Source: Macrostomum lignano (lineage: Eukaryota). Taken from it: a DNA stretch of 52,295 bases. The stretch spans positions 1 to 52,295 of the forward strand of contig NIVC01001437.1 of assembly GCA_002269645.1 (NCBI GenBank). The letters are read 5' to 3'. Within the stretch, counting starts at the first letter, position 1; each line of letters starts with the position of its first letter. The notes below the pieces were generated by a model. That model had not been told where the DNA came from. It saw nothing but the letters and a program-made list of their open reading frames with translations, and searched no databases. The position numbers and the translations under genes are program-made. Of the stretch, positions 9,548 through 29,271 are shown piece after piece.

Positions 9548-10636
9548 ATGAGTAACGCGTCAAGCGCTGTCAACTATATTTTTGTGGACTCTGTCGACTA
9601 TATAGTGTTGGATTGTCAAAGTGGGGACCCGAACAGAACGGCGACTTGCACTGTCAACACCGTCCTTGGCGCCATCACGGGACTGATTCTGCCTGTTTTC
9701 ATCGTCTCCGGTCTCGTGTTCAACGCTCTCATAGTGTACATCAACCTGGTCAAACAGTCGTGGACTCGACAGAATGTGTACATCAGCATAATTGCGGTCA
9801 CCGACAGCTGCAACATCATCGTGAACGGCTTCATGTGGATGTTCTTGGCCAAGGGTCTGCCCTGGTTAACCAACGGATCCGTCGGTTATGTACATCTTAA
9901 CGACGGAGACGTGCAGTGTAGATTTGCGAAATATTTTGAGCACCTGTGCCACCTAACATCGACTGCAATGTTTCTGCTAATGGTTACCGACAGGACTCTA
10001 AGCCTGTACTTTCCGTTCAAATTTCATAGCATCAGCGGAAAGGCTGCGATGAAGGCCGGGTTATTAGTGATCCTGGCCTGTATGGTTGTCACCCTTCCCA
10101 TCGCCTTCATTTTTCATTGGTTGATTTTTGATATCTACGTAGTCTGCTACTTCAGCTTCCACGAAATGTTACCATGGCAACAAACCATTCTATACTACTA
10201 TTCGGCTTTGCTTTACTACCCACCGGCCCTTTTACTGGCGATTATTTTCATTGAGAACTGCTTCCTGATTCACAAGGTACGAGAGATCACCGCCAATAGA
10301 AAGAGGCTGGGCTCTGCTAAGGAATCTGATGACGGGCTAGTAAACACAGTGATCTGCCTCGCTCTGTCGGCCTGTCTGCTTTTGTCTGCCTCGCTGACCT
10401 TCTTTGCCCGAACCAGTGAGTACGTTCTAACGCTGCTTTTAGGCGAAATCGAGAATGAAACCTCCATCGTGTTGTGGGGAATTCACGATATCGGCATCTC
10501 GACCATCATCATTGGCCAGTCCACCAACTGGATCCTGCTGGTGTGGAAAAATGCCAAGTTCCGTCGGCTTCTCTTGGAGACGGTAAAATTCTGGAAGCCG
10601 GTGGATCAGAAGACGGCTACCACCTCCACATATTGA
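9548..10636 (+). CDS. Intronless rhodopsin-like (class A) orphan GPCR, peptide-receptor/flatworm-expanded type
   Basis: Seven hydrophobic segments; TM1 GLVFN; TM2 IAVTD; ECL1-TM3 Cys (CRF); TM3 end TDRTLSLYFP; helix 8 NAKFRRLL; N-terminal NAS sequon. First ATG at 9548 (the track ORF starts at a TTG, 9533). Confidence 0.9.
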   Translation: MSNASSAVNYIFVDSVDYIVLDCQSGDPNRTATCTVNTVLGAITGLILPVFIVSGLVFNALIVYINLVKQSWTRQNVYISIIAVTDSCNIIVNGFMWMFLAKGLPWLTNGSVGYVHLNDGDVQCRFAKYFEHLCHLTSTAMFLLMVTDRTLSLYFPFKFHSISGKAAMKAGLLVILACMVVTLPIAFIFHWLIFDIYVVCYFSFHEMLPWQQTILYYYSALLYYPPALLLAIIFIENCFLIHKVREITANRKRLGSAKESDDGLVNTVICLALSACLLLSASLTFFARTSEYVLTLLLGEIENETSIVLWGIHDIGISTIIIGQSTNWILLVWKNAKFRRLLLETVKFWKPVDQKTATTSTY

Positions 10637-11109
10637 ATTTAATTCTTTCAAAATGAGAAAACTAAAGGAGATAAACTCCATGACATCTAGCAAAACTATT
10701 ATTTTAACTGTGACTTTTAACTCGAAGCATAAAGTTTTTTTAATACGCTACTTAATAAAGATTCGAAACGGATGAAGAAATAAAAGAGAACTAAAAAATC
10801 GCTTTCGGATCGAAGACGCGCATATTCGGAAAATTTTGTATTCATAAATTTGTTATCGGTGAATATCGATAATGCGTGTCTTTTTACACATTTTTATAAC
10901 TATAACAATAAATCAGACTGGATGCACCTCTGAATTTCATATCAAATGCACAAGGCTCTTCAACTGGTTGGCGCCTTTGTCTGGTGAGCCTACGGACATT
11001 AAATTTTAGTCTACCGTATGTTGGCTGAAAGCTTGGCCACAAAAATAGGCTCGTTTGTACACTTTTGCGCCACACAGATGTAACGATTAGCGCCACAGAA
11101 GCTATATAG

Positions 11110-11228
11110 TTTGGCGCCATTGACCTTCGATTTTGGCGCCACTGACCATCTATCTTGGCGCCACTGACTATCAATTTTGGCGTCATTGACCATCAATTTT
11201 GGCGCAACTGACCATCGTTCTTGGCGAA
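11110..11228. repeat. ~22-bp tandem motif TTTTGGCGCCACTGACCATC, about 6 copies
   Basis: TTGGCG(C/T/A)...TGACC units seen directly; the array ends just left of the MITE. Confidence 0.85.
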
Positions 11229-11246
11229 AATCAAATGCGCATTAAC

Positions 11247-12149
11247 ATCATGGATGAATAATATAACTGGATCGCCAGAAGCTCGATTTTTTTTGTCCTG
11301 GCCATAGACAAGCATCAGCATCACAAGAAGCTCAGAATGCCGTACTTTCACACATAGACAAATAGCCGCTGCAGAAGCTGCAAACCTTTATTTATAAGTA
11401 TACTTAGTAGGATAAATGAAAATATTTCAAATGTGAAGGCAAGCAAAGAAGAAAACGAATATGTAAAGGAATTAATACAAAACAGACACGAAAGTAGGTA
11501 AGTAAGCAAACAAGCACGTAGACAGACAGCAAACAAACAAACAATAAAAGGCGAAAACAAACAGCCAAATGAGTTGCCAAACGATTACTGTGCCCTTACT
11601 CAAGGCCGAGAGAAAAACTTCAGCACGACTGAGATGCCAAAATGATACTCTAAAACGGCAATGCGCCACTTCAAGTTTGACTGCTACCAGGCTTAGAAAT
11701 CTGGCCCAGCACAACTGCGTCTGTGCTCAGATCGCAAGCATGAGTGAAACGGCTTACGGCTTCCATCAAGAATGACGATTAGACGAAAAATCCAATTAGA
11801 CGAAAGCTGTCGCTACAGCTGCAAATATACAATCGGGACCTTCTGTCCATAAAAATGTTCCCCCTTGTGACTTTTTGTTCAGTCACAAAAAGGTGACTAC
11901 TTCTCAAATTTCAGTACTACTTATCTCTTCTTCACCTCAGGAGTAGTGTCTATGGTTTTATATTTCGGCTTTCGATTTGGAAGCTGATTGAGCATTCTGG
12001 TGTATTCTGTGGCTTGCAGCTTCTGCAGCGGCTATTTGTCTATGTGTGAAAGTACGGCATTCTGAGCTTCTTGTGATGCTGGTGCTTGTCTATGGCTAGG
12101 ACCAAAAAATCGAGCTTCTGGCGATCCAGTTATATTATTCATCCATGAT
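11247..12149. mobile_element. MITE (~903 bp) with ~140-bp TIRs and a 4-bp TSD
   Basis: 11247-~11387 (ATCATGGATGAATAATATAACTGGATCGCCAGAAGCTCG...GCAGAAGCTGCAA) is the near-perfect reverse complement of ~12012-12149. TAAC flanks both ends (11243-11246 and 12150-12153). Confidence 0.85.
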
Positions 12150-12174
12150 TAACACCAAATATATTAATGGTTAG

Positions 12175-12274
12175 TTGTGTCTATGGTTTTAGGCTTTGAT
12201 AATGCTCAAAGTCACGAGTGGCGAAGCCACGAGTGTCATTTGAGCATTATCAAAGCCTAAAACCATAGACACAA
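12175..12274. repeat. Perfect 36-bp inverted repeat with a 28-nt spacer containing GTGGCGAAGCCAC
   Basis: Arms 12175-12210 and 12239-12274 are exact reverse complements. Confidence 0.95.
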
Positions 12275-12519
12275 TATTATTGTCTCATGATTTCTACACA
12301 AAATAGGCGTTTAATAATCTTTCATTATCAAACGGTTGATAATGCATGACTAAATTTAGATACCGTCTATGGTAATTCGTCAGAAACTTTGGTCTTAAAT
12401 GTTCTAAGTTACAGCGAAGACTTCTCAGTTTTTCATTTTAAGCCGTCTTCGCTTGCCTGCCTTAAACATGACCGCTACGCATCTTATCAATTGGTCTCAT
12501 CTGCCGGTTGATAGTCTCG

Positions 12520-12657
12520 ATGGCGTTTCATCCAGTGAATACATCGTCAAGCACGATGGACGTGAGTAACCAGAACATTACACTTAGTAGGCAGAACGTC
12601 TCAACTATCTTCACGGATTGTCATTTCTCTGGCTGCACTTTCAACTTGAATGGTTAG
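12520..12657 (+). pseudogene. Possible remnant C-terminus of a Crypton-type tyrosine-recombinase transposon protein
   Basis: Reads MAFHPVNTSSSTMDVSNQNITLSRQNVSTIFTDCHFSGCTFNLNG*. The S/T/N-rich linker and FxxCxFxGCTFN tail recall Crypton protein tails. No catalytic residues are visible. Confidence 0.3.
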
Positions 12658-13075
12658 AGACATCTGCGTCATTGAGAATTGCAACTATAAACAACTAAAA
12701 ACTGTAAACTGTTCATTGCTTAACCATTGAAGCTGATTTCTCGTTGATATGAAAAATAAACTCGCAGTTCCACCATAGTCTATGGTAGATGTTGAAAAGT
12801 TGGCGTTTGATAATCACAAAATTACACAACGAGAAATAATAAGAGAAAGAATGTGACAATAAACCTTCAGCGACACTGCTGCTGCATCGATCTGAGAATA
12901 GTCAGTCAGTCGGTCAGGAGTAGTCTATGACTCAAACCACTATTTGAGCACTTGCTACCACCTCGAGTGAAAGCGTTCAATCTGAAGAAAATAAGCGAAA
13001 AAATTAACTGAAAAAAGACACGTAGAAAGCTTTTTTAGTCACCAGTCTGCTAACTCGATCCAACGCGCGGCTTCA

Positions 13076-21449
<8,374 letters not shown>

Positions 21450-21789
21450 TTGATTAATTATGGCTCAATTAAAAACGGACTTTTGACGACTGGCCACTGT
21501 AGACTTTCTGATTACTGTTGATTAAAGACAAAATAATTTAATCAAAACAATACACAATCTGTAGTTTTACAAATGGTTGATAACTATGCAAATTGCAACA
21601 GCAAAGAGACGCCTTCGGAAACCTTTATTGGAGTTCATTTTTCTTCGTAAGTTACGAGTTTTAATAGCAAGTTAATAATGGGTGTCTTTTGATAAATAAA
21701 ACTGTAGCAGGTGATTTCATTGAATTCGCAACACTGTGCTGATGGGTGAATGCCGATTCTTAGAAAGAAGCAGCGTTTTTTTCTAAAGC

Positions 21790-22300
21790 AATGTGATTCT
21801 AAGAACGGGAGTGATGATTCTTAGAAAGGGAATGGCAATTCTAAGAAAGGGAGGCGATTCTAAGAACGGGAGTGATGATTCTTAGAAAGGGAATGGCAAT
21901 TCTAAGAAAGGGAGGCGATTCTAAGAACGGGAGCGATGATTCTTAGAAAGGGAATGGCAATTCTAAGAAAGGGAGGCGATTCTAAGAACGGGAGCGATGA
22001 TTATTAGAAAGGGAATGGCAATTCTAAGAAAGGGAGGCGATTCTAAGAACGGGAGCGATGATTCTTAGAAAGGGAATGGTAATTCTAAGAAAGGGAGGCG
22101 ATTCTAAGAACGGGAGCGATGATTCTTAGAAAGGGAATGGCAATTCTAAGAAAGGGAGGCGATTCTAAGAACGGGAGCGATGATTCTTAGAAAGGGAATG
22201 GCAATTCTAAGAAAGGGAGGCGATTCTAAGAACGGGAGTTATGATTCTTAGAAAGGGAATGGCAATTCTAAGACAGGGAGGCGATTCTAAGAACGGGAGT
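21790..22300. repeat. 61-bp minisatellite built from three ~20-bp TTCTAAGAAAGGGA-like subunits, degenerating toward ~22570
   Basis: About 8 near-identical copies between the two convergent genes. Confidence 0.95.
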
Positions 22301-22938
22301 GGTGATTCTCAAAAAGATGTTGCCAGCTTATTCTAAGAAAATGAGCGATTATTTGAATAACTGGATAGGCCATTCTAAGAAAGGGAGTAGCCATTATAAG
22401 AAGGGGAGTGACCGTTATAAGAGAGTGACTATTAGAAATGAGTTGTCGATTTCTAAAAACGGAGTGACGATTCTAAGAAAGAAATGGCGTTTCTTAGAAC
22501 GGAGCAGCAATTCTTAAAAAAAATGATGCGACATTTCTAAGAAAAGACTGGGTATTCTAAGAAAGTGATCGGCCATTGAAGTTTCTTAGAATGCGAGCGG
22601 CCACTCTTACAAACGGAGATTACTCTTTCTGAGAAAGTATGCAACGATTCCTAAAAAAGGGTTGGTCAATTTGCAAATAACAATATGTGAACTAGTTGAT
22701 TAATTACGTAAGTGCAAATACACAGCTAGAGAAACAACTGCCAGTAATAGCTAATAGTAGCAGGTAATTAATGAGACACAGAGCGATTAAAAATTACAAC
22801 AGATAAACAGTATATTAGTATAATTGTAAGCGGATTGCAAAAAAATAAATACAAAAATAGCACAGTCAGACGATTGTATTATTGAGAGTTTCAGCTGCCT
22901 GTCACGTGAGCAGTAATAACTATGCTCAAGCCAACAGC

Positions 22939-25900
22939 TCAAGCCGTCAGCACGCTCGACTGCAGGTAGGCAGCATCGTCCACGGCGTCGGTGAGCTGCG
23001 CCTCGGAACTGGAAGCCGCCAGTGATGGACAGCCTGCAGGTTGTGGGGCCGAAGGGTCAGGCCATTCTTAAAGGGAATTCAGTCAGGCCATTCTTAAAGG
23101 GAATTCAGTCAGGCCATTCTTAAAGGGAATTCAGTCAGGCCATTCTTAAAGGGAATTCAGTCAGGCCATTCTCAAAGGGAATTCAGTCAGGCCATTCTTA
23201 AAGGGAATTCAGTCAGGCCATTCTCAGAGAGGGAATTCAGTCAGGCCATTCTCAGAGTCAGAGAGGGAATTCAGTCAGGCCATTCTCAGAGTCAGAGAGG
23301 GAATTCAGTCAGGCCATCCTCAGAGTCAGAGAGGGAATTCAGTCAGGCCATTATCAGAGTCAGAAAGGGAATTCAGTCAGGCCATTCTCAGAGTCAGAGA
23401 GGGAATTCAGTCAGGCCATTATCAGAGTCAGAAAGGGAATTCAGTCAGGCCATCCTCAGAGTCAGAGAGGGAATTCAGTCAGGCCATTATCAGAGTCAGA
23501 GAGGGAATTCAGTCAGGCCATTATCAGAAAGGGAATTCAGTCAGGCCATTCTCAGAAAGGGAATTCAGTCAGGCCATTCTCAGAGTCAGAGAGGGAATTC
23601 AGTCAGGCCATTATCAGAGTCAGAGAGGGAATTCAGTCAGGCCATTCTCAGAAAGGGAATTCAGTCAGGCCATTCTCAGAAAGGGAATTCAGTCAGGCCA
23701 TTCTCAGAAAGGGAATTCAGTCAGGTGATTCTCAGAAAGGGAATTCAGTCAGGTCATTCTCAAAGGCAATTTAGTCAGGCGATTCTCAAAATAAAATTAG
23801 CCGGGCGATTCATAAAGGCAATTCAGTCAGTCTCACTTAACAAAGGAGCCACGTTAACAAAGACCTTATTTAACATACCAGCCTGGAAGTGAGCCTCCAG
23901 CAGCATTCGGTCTTTGTAGCGGGCCTTGCAGCCGCCGCACTCATACAGGGTGTCACCGCCAGCGGCCACGGCGGCCGCAGTTGTCTCAACAATGAAAGCG
24001 GACATCGGCTTGGAGTGTACAGCGGTGTAGTGCTCGTACAGTTGCTCCGGCCCGGCGAACATGGCCGCCTCTTGGGCAGACTTGTTGCCAAGCTGTTGTA
24101 CTCTGGCAGACACGCAGAGACGACAGGGCACGGGACCTTCCGGCAATGATTTCGGATTGGTGTGAACCGACCAGATGTGAGTCTTGTTGAGCGACTCGGT
24201 CTTGCAGTTGAGCTGGCAGACTGGGCAGCACACGATCTGGGTGGAGTTGGCGATGGTGATGTACTGGATATAGGCTACTCAGTGGCACCCAGAGGGGGGG
24301 GGGGTCGTCGCCACACACCCCCTCAATCACCCCAGCTAATGCTGGCACCCATTTTACAGCTGGAATGAACTGAAGCAATGCAGAGTTTTAAGTGTCTTGC
24401 TCAAGGACACAAATTGTTCCAGTGGGGGGATCGGGAATCGAACCCCGACCTTCAAGTCGCAAGTCCGACGCTCTAACCACTAGGCTAAAAACCCTAGCTG
24501 AAGTAGAAGTTGAAACTAGCATAAAATTACCTTTTTATTCAGCTGTGTCAGCGTAAAACTTGGGATTAATGATGGGATGCATTTGACTAACTGACAATTT
24601 AGTTTTCAGCAGTGCATTTCTATTCCAATTCCCATTCCCCCCCCCCCCCGAGTCAACTACGACTACTAGAGCTTGCATATACCTGCCGCCACTCATTGGG
24701 ATGATTGCGCTGCAGATGCAGCTGGCCAGACATCAGCTGATCGAAGCTCTGTGAGCACAGGGTGCACGCGTACAGAATCTGCTGCTGCTGCTGCTGCAGC
24801 GGAGCGGTGGCCGCCGCTACCAATTCGTCTTGGGAGGCGAACTCCGGGTGCAGATCGGAGAAATGCTTCAGCAACAGAGGCAGGTCCGTATAGGTCTCGT
24901 TACAGAGGCCGCAGCAATAAGCGTAGCCTTCGCCAGCCGAGGCCTCCGCCTGCTCCTGTTGCTGTTTGGCGTCGCTGCTGCCAGAGTCGCCAGCGGTTCC
25001 GGCGGTGACAACGGCTCTGCTGCCATCCGAGCCGTGATTGGCGGTCACGTGTTCCTGGGAGAGGGAGGTGGGGCGGCGGGCGGACTGCACCTTTGATCAT
25101 TTATTGACCACTGCCTAAGCAGCTGGGAGGCTGGCCCAGAAACTGAGGATCTGGGAGGCTGGCCCAGCAACTGAGGATCTGGGAGGCTGACCCAGCAACT
25201 GATGATCTGGGAGGCTGACCCAGGAACTGAGGATCTGGGAGGCTGGCCCAGCAAGTGAGGATCTGGGAAGCTGACCCAGCAACTGAGGATCTGGGAGGCT
25301 GACCCAGCAACTGAGGATCTGGGTGGCTGGCCCAGCAACTGAGGGTTTGGGAGGCTGACCCAGCAACTGAGGATTTGGAAGGCTGGCCCAGCAACTGACA
25401 TTCTGGGAGGCTGGCCCAGCAACTGAGGATCTGGGCGGCTGGCCCAGCAACTGAGGATCTGGGCGGCTGGCCCAGCAACTGACACTGTGGGAGATTAGTG
25501 AACCAGTAAATGAGGACCCAATAGAGCTGTGGCTCTCTACTGTATTCTGTATCCAGAAAACTGCAAAGCGAACTAAGGCACTACAACCTCATGCACACAC
25601 ACACACCTGCAGCGTGTCAAAGTACACGAACAGAGCGCCACAGTGCGGGCAAGCGTGAGGCGGCTGGTCAAGGTGTTCAATGCGCAGGTGATCGGCCAGC
25701 CAGTTGCAGCAGCGAGCACCGGTGAACATCTTGCCGCAGGCGTTGCAAGCAACCCGACGCCTGTCGACTGGCGAACGCAGTGGAATGTCGGCGCGCAGCA
25801 GGCGGGTGTGATGCTGCTGCTGCTGCTGCGACACCACGGCACTGCGGACAGCGACACCACCGCCACCGCCAGCAGGGCTGACATTCTCGGCATCGCCGAT

Positions 25901-26203
25901 GCTCAAGTGTACAGCAGGCAGCGGCGGCGGCTGCTCCTGCTGATGGTCCCGCTGCTCTTCCTGCTGCTGCTGCTGGTCAGCCGCCTGCGGCGATGCAGCA
26001 ACTGTTGATTCTTCAACCGCCTGATCCACTTGCTGCTGAGCGGCCGCTGATCTGGCCACCTCGGCGACCTCCTCGTCTGGCATTCGCACTGACACGGTGA
26101 ATCGAGTCTTTTTACTACCCGCTGCGGTGCATTTTCTTTTGTGCTGATTGAGCAGCTTCTGGCTAAAGAAGGCCGAAGAGCAATCTGTGCAGCGGAGCGA
26201 CAT
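22939..26203 (-). CDS. C2H2/C2HC multi-zinc-finger protein (~473 aa, 4 coding exons)
   Basis: Exons: 26203-25607, 25054-24683, 24236-23879, 23033-22939 (1422 nt, canonical GT-AG). Splicing completes CPHC-x12-HVTANH and the final CGGC...HFQAGC finger. About 8 fingers, separated by Q/A-rich linkers. Confidence 0.85.
23057..23820. repeat. 26-35-bp minisatellite (CAGTCAGGCCATTCTCAGA(GTCAGAG)AGGGAATT) in the last intron of the ZF gene
   Basis: Direct repeats. Confidence 0.95.
24287..24494 (-). mobile_element. tRNA-derived CORE-like SINE (copy 2), inside a ZF-gene intron
   Basis: Minus strand: TAGCCTAGTGGTTAGAGCGTCG...GGTTCGATTCCCG...TGTGTCCTTGAGCAAGACACTTAA...GCTTCAGTTC...CTGTAAAATGGGTGCCAGCATTAGCTGG, colinear with 7396-7570. 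Confidence 0.88.
25121..25485. repeat. 28-bp minisatellite (GGCTGGCCCAGCAACTGAGGATCTGGGA), about 13 copies, in a ZF-gene intron
   Basis: Direct repeats; explains the ORFs at 25045-25485. Confidence 0.95.
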
Positions 26204-26302
26204 GATCTGCAAGGCAATAAATAATAAGCAAGGCGAGACTGATTATACTTAACACTTGGCTTGGATTCTTAATGAGATGGGATTAATGGGAATTAATGGG
26301 AT

Positions 26303-26812
26303 TCTTGCTATCTGGGGGATGCTTGCTATCTGGGAGATGCTTGCATGCTGTCTGGGGATGCTTGCTATCTGAGGGATGCTTGCTATCTGGGAGATGCTTG
26401 CTATCTGGGGGATTATTGCTATCTGGGGGATGCTTGCTATCTGGGGGATTCTTTCTATCTGGGGGATGCTTGCTATCTGGGGGATTCTTTCTATCTGGGG
26501 GATGCTTGCTATCTGGGGGATTCTTTCTATCTGGGGGATGCTTGCTATCTGGGGGATTCTTTCTATCTGGGGGATGCTTGCTATCTGGGAGATGCTTGCA
26601 TGCTTTCTGGGGATGCTTGCTATCTGGGGGATGCTTGCTATCTGGGAGATGCTTGCATGCTTTCTGGGGGATGCTTGCTATCTGGGGATGCTTAATATTT
26701 GGGAGGCAAGAGGCTTGCTCTCGGCGGGAGGGTACTTGCCATATTGAGGGGGAGGGGTTTTGCTATCTGGGGGGTGCTTGCTATCTGGGGAGATGCTTGC
26801 TGTCTTGGGATG
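26303..26812. repeat. ~18-bp minisatellite (GATGCTTGCTATCTGGGG)
   Basis: Direct repeats; explains the ORFs at 26296-26820. Confidence 0.95.
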
Positions 26813-29049
26813 TTTTTTAGATGGAATGTCTGTTGTCTTTGTGAAAGCTTTATTTCGCTGTGTTTTTATTACTTTTAGAGAACAGATATTCTATCTAGAT
26901 GTCCCCCATCGGGGGGCGAAAATTGCTAGTACTTCTACTATAAGTAGAGTAGTTTGTAGAAAGTTGTTATTTTTGTTCAATGGAATATTCTTTGAATATT
27001 ACATCCATATTGCAACAAAAAATGTGTAGAATGCATTAAAAATCGAAAGGCACATTGAACTTAAAGTATATTGATTACAGTCACAATTCTATTTATTTTC
27101 AAAATACTAAAAATCTAAAAAAAACATTGGCATTTGAATCTTGTGTTCTAATATATAATCATAAACATGCTTATCATGTCTTATACCAAAATGAATAAAA
27201 AATTTAAAGCCATCTTCATTGCATATCATTCTTTTTTTACTTTTTTATTTTATTTTGCAATCAATTTAGCCAAATATACATATTAAAAAATGATAGTCAT
27301 TACTACAAACAACAGCTTGCGAACTTTGTGTCTAAGTCTAACAATGGTAGATCCAGTTAGTCCTATCTTAATATGAAATAAACCAAGCCTTATTTCAATT
27401 TTTATACATAACTTCATAACCAACTACTGACTAACAAGGCTAATATGACTAGTATAAATTGTGGTAAACTAAGACAAATTTGCAATTAATAACCTTTTAT
27501 ATAATTTTGCTGGCTTTTTACTACTTTTTTCTATTTTTAGGCTTAATCATCAAACAAATGCTTATAAAATTAATAATAGTTTCTAGTTTAATCTTCATAA
27601 GAAATATTAATAAGCTCATGCCTCATTGCTAAATAAGATACATATATTGCATGACTAATATATCTTTGAATCTGAGAGTATAAATATACTATTGATTATA
27701 TAATATAATTGAAGTACTTGCTAATCTGCCATTTATATTTAATAGTGTATGCTATCTAGAATAAAATTTTTTTATGCTTAAATCCAAGCCAAACTTAAAT
27801 AAATGATTATTTCTATTGGAATAAGTAGACAAAAAGCATCTAACCATTTGCAACAATTTTGCTAAGGCCTATTTTCCAGTGTCACATTGTGATTAGAGTC
27901 AAGGCAAGTCGTGTTGTGGTATGGAAAAAAGTTAGTAAATACTAGTATTTTTAGTTATAGACATGTTACAAATTGTATAAACAATTTTCTAGACATGTCT
28001 AGGCCTAGAATTTTATAAATTGCAAGTCAGTGTGGAATATTTGTAGCCATGTTGCAGCATGACAGTGCAGCAATAGGAAAAGTAGAGTGGCACTAATTAG
28101 TATGGCAGGAAATGGCAAAATATTTATTAGACCCCTATGGCTATAGATAGGGCCCTAAATAGTAACTGAATAGGCCTATTTTGTATTTAGAAACTTTCTC
28201 AAACATTTTATACATTAGCCTTAGGCCTATAGGCCTACCTAACAAATTGAAATATGATAGTTTAGTTTGCAATGCAAAAAAATGTGGGAAAATAGGCAAA
28301 TAGCACATAGACATATCACCATTGTCAATGTCATATTAAGCAATGTTAAGATTATATTTGATAATTATATTAAATGCTAATATATATACACAGTCTATAT
28401 ATAGGGGCCTATATATATACATCAGTCTGATACGCAGTCTGAATTTCATTAGGGCATAAGGGCCTACAATCTATTCTTCTAATCCATTAGCATATAGGCC
28501 CTACTATTATAGATTTGTTTGACATCAGTAGGCCCCTATGCATTTGCTTGAAATTAGCATGCATTAGTAAATTTGATTTGGGGTATCCTGGTATAGGCAT
28601 AGGCCTACATTTAAAATTACAGTTACTTTGGTAATAGTCAGTTTGGTGACCACCTAACATATTCATTTCCCCAATGGGTCTCCCTAAAATATGCCCGGGA
28701 TACTGCCCCAAACCGCTATATATTAGTCCTATAACAAATTGGACTAAAACTGAAGACATTTCAAAGTAAGTTCTCTGTTAAGCTTTAAGTTTTTATTAAA
28801 TTTAGTTTTTTTATATGAAATATTAAATTAGGCAAATAATAAGTGATATTAATAATAATATTAATAATGTTAATTAAAGTTATTTATTCCTATTAATAAT
28901 TAATTAACTAATTAAATTAACATATTAAACTCAATCTCTACAAAAAAATCTGCAGGCCCAACCTTTTAGATTACTTTCCATGCACATTTAGAAACAAAAA
29001 ATTCCTAACAACCCTCCTAAAACTGAAATGCGAGATTACACCCAACATT

Positions 29050-29271
29050 TTTCTCAAGAAGCATGTAGACTGTGTGGAATGAGAAATGGTTCCGATATCC
29101 TACTTGACCGAATGTCCACAAACTGAAGAGATCAGAAAAAAATACTTCTGTCAATACCTCTTAAATGAAAAACAAATACACAAGATAGGATATGCTACAA
29201 ATGAAAAAAGAGTCAGAAAAGAGCTCACTGGTGTAGCTAAAATATATAAAGTCATGAATACTAGAGAATAG
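29050..29271 (+). pseudogene. Degraded 3' fragment of a LINE ORF2
   Basis: ACRLCG at ~29061, then in a shifted frame ISYLTECPQTEEIRKKYF: a CxxC...(H)xLxECPxxxxxR C-terminal motif. Confidence 0.5.

Noticed and set aside
25055-25090. Upstream AG at 25091 as the ZF exon 2 acceptor
   Set aside because: In frame, but it breaks the zinc finger; the pyrimidine-rich acceptor before 25054 restores C-x2-C-x12-H-x4-H.
25045-26820. Repetitive ORFs (QILSCWASLP, GGCLLS, GDACYL)
   Set aside because: Minisatellite translations; no domain content.
28487-28759. 90-aa G/P/M-rich minus-strand ORF
   Set aside because: No domain, no ATG start, in an AT-rich presumably intronic block.
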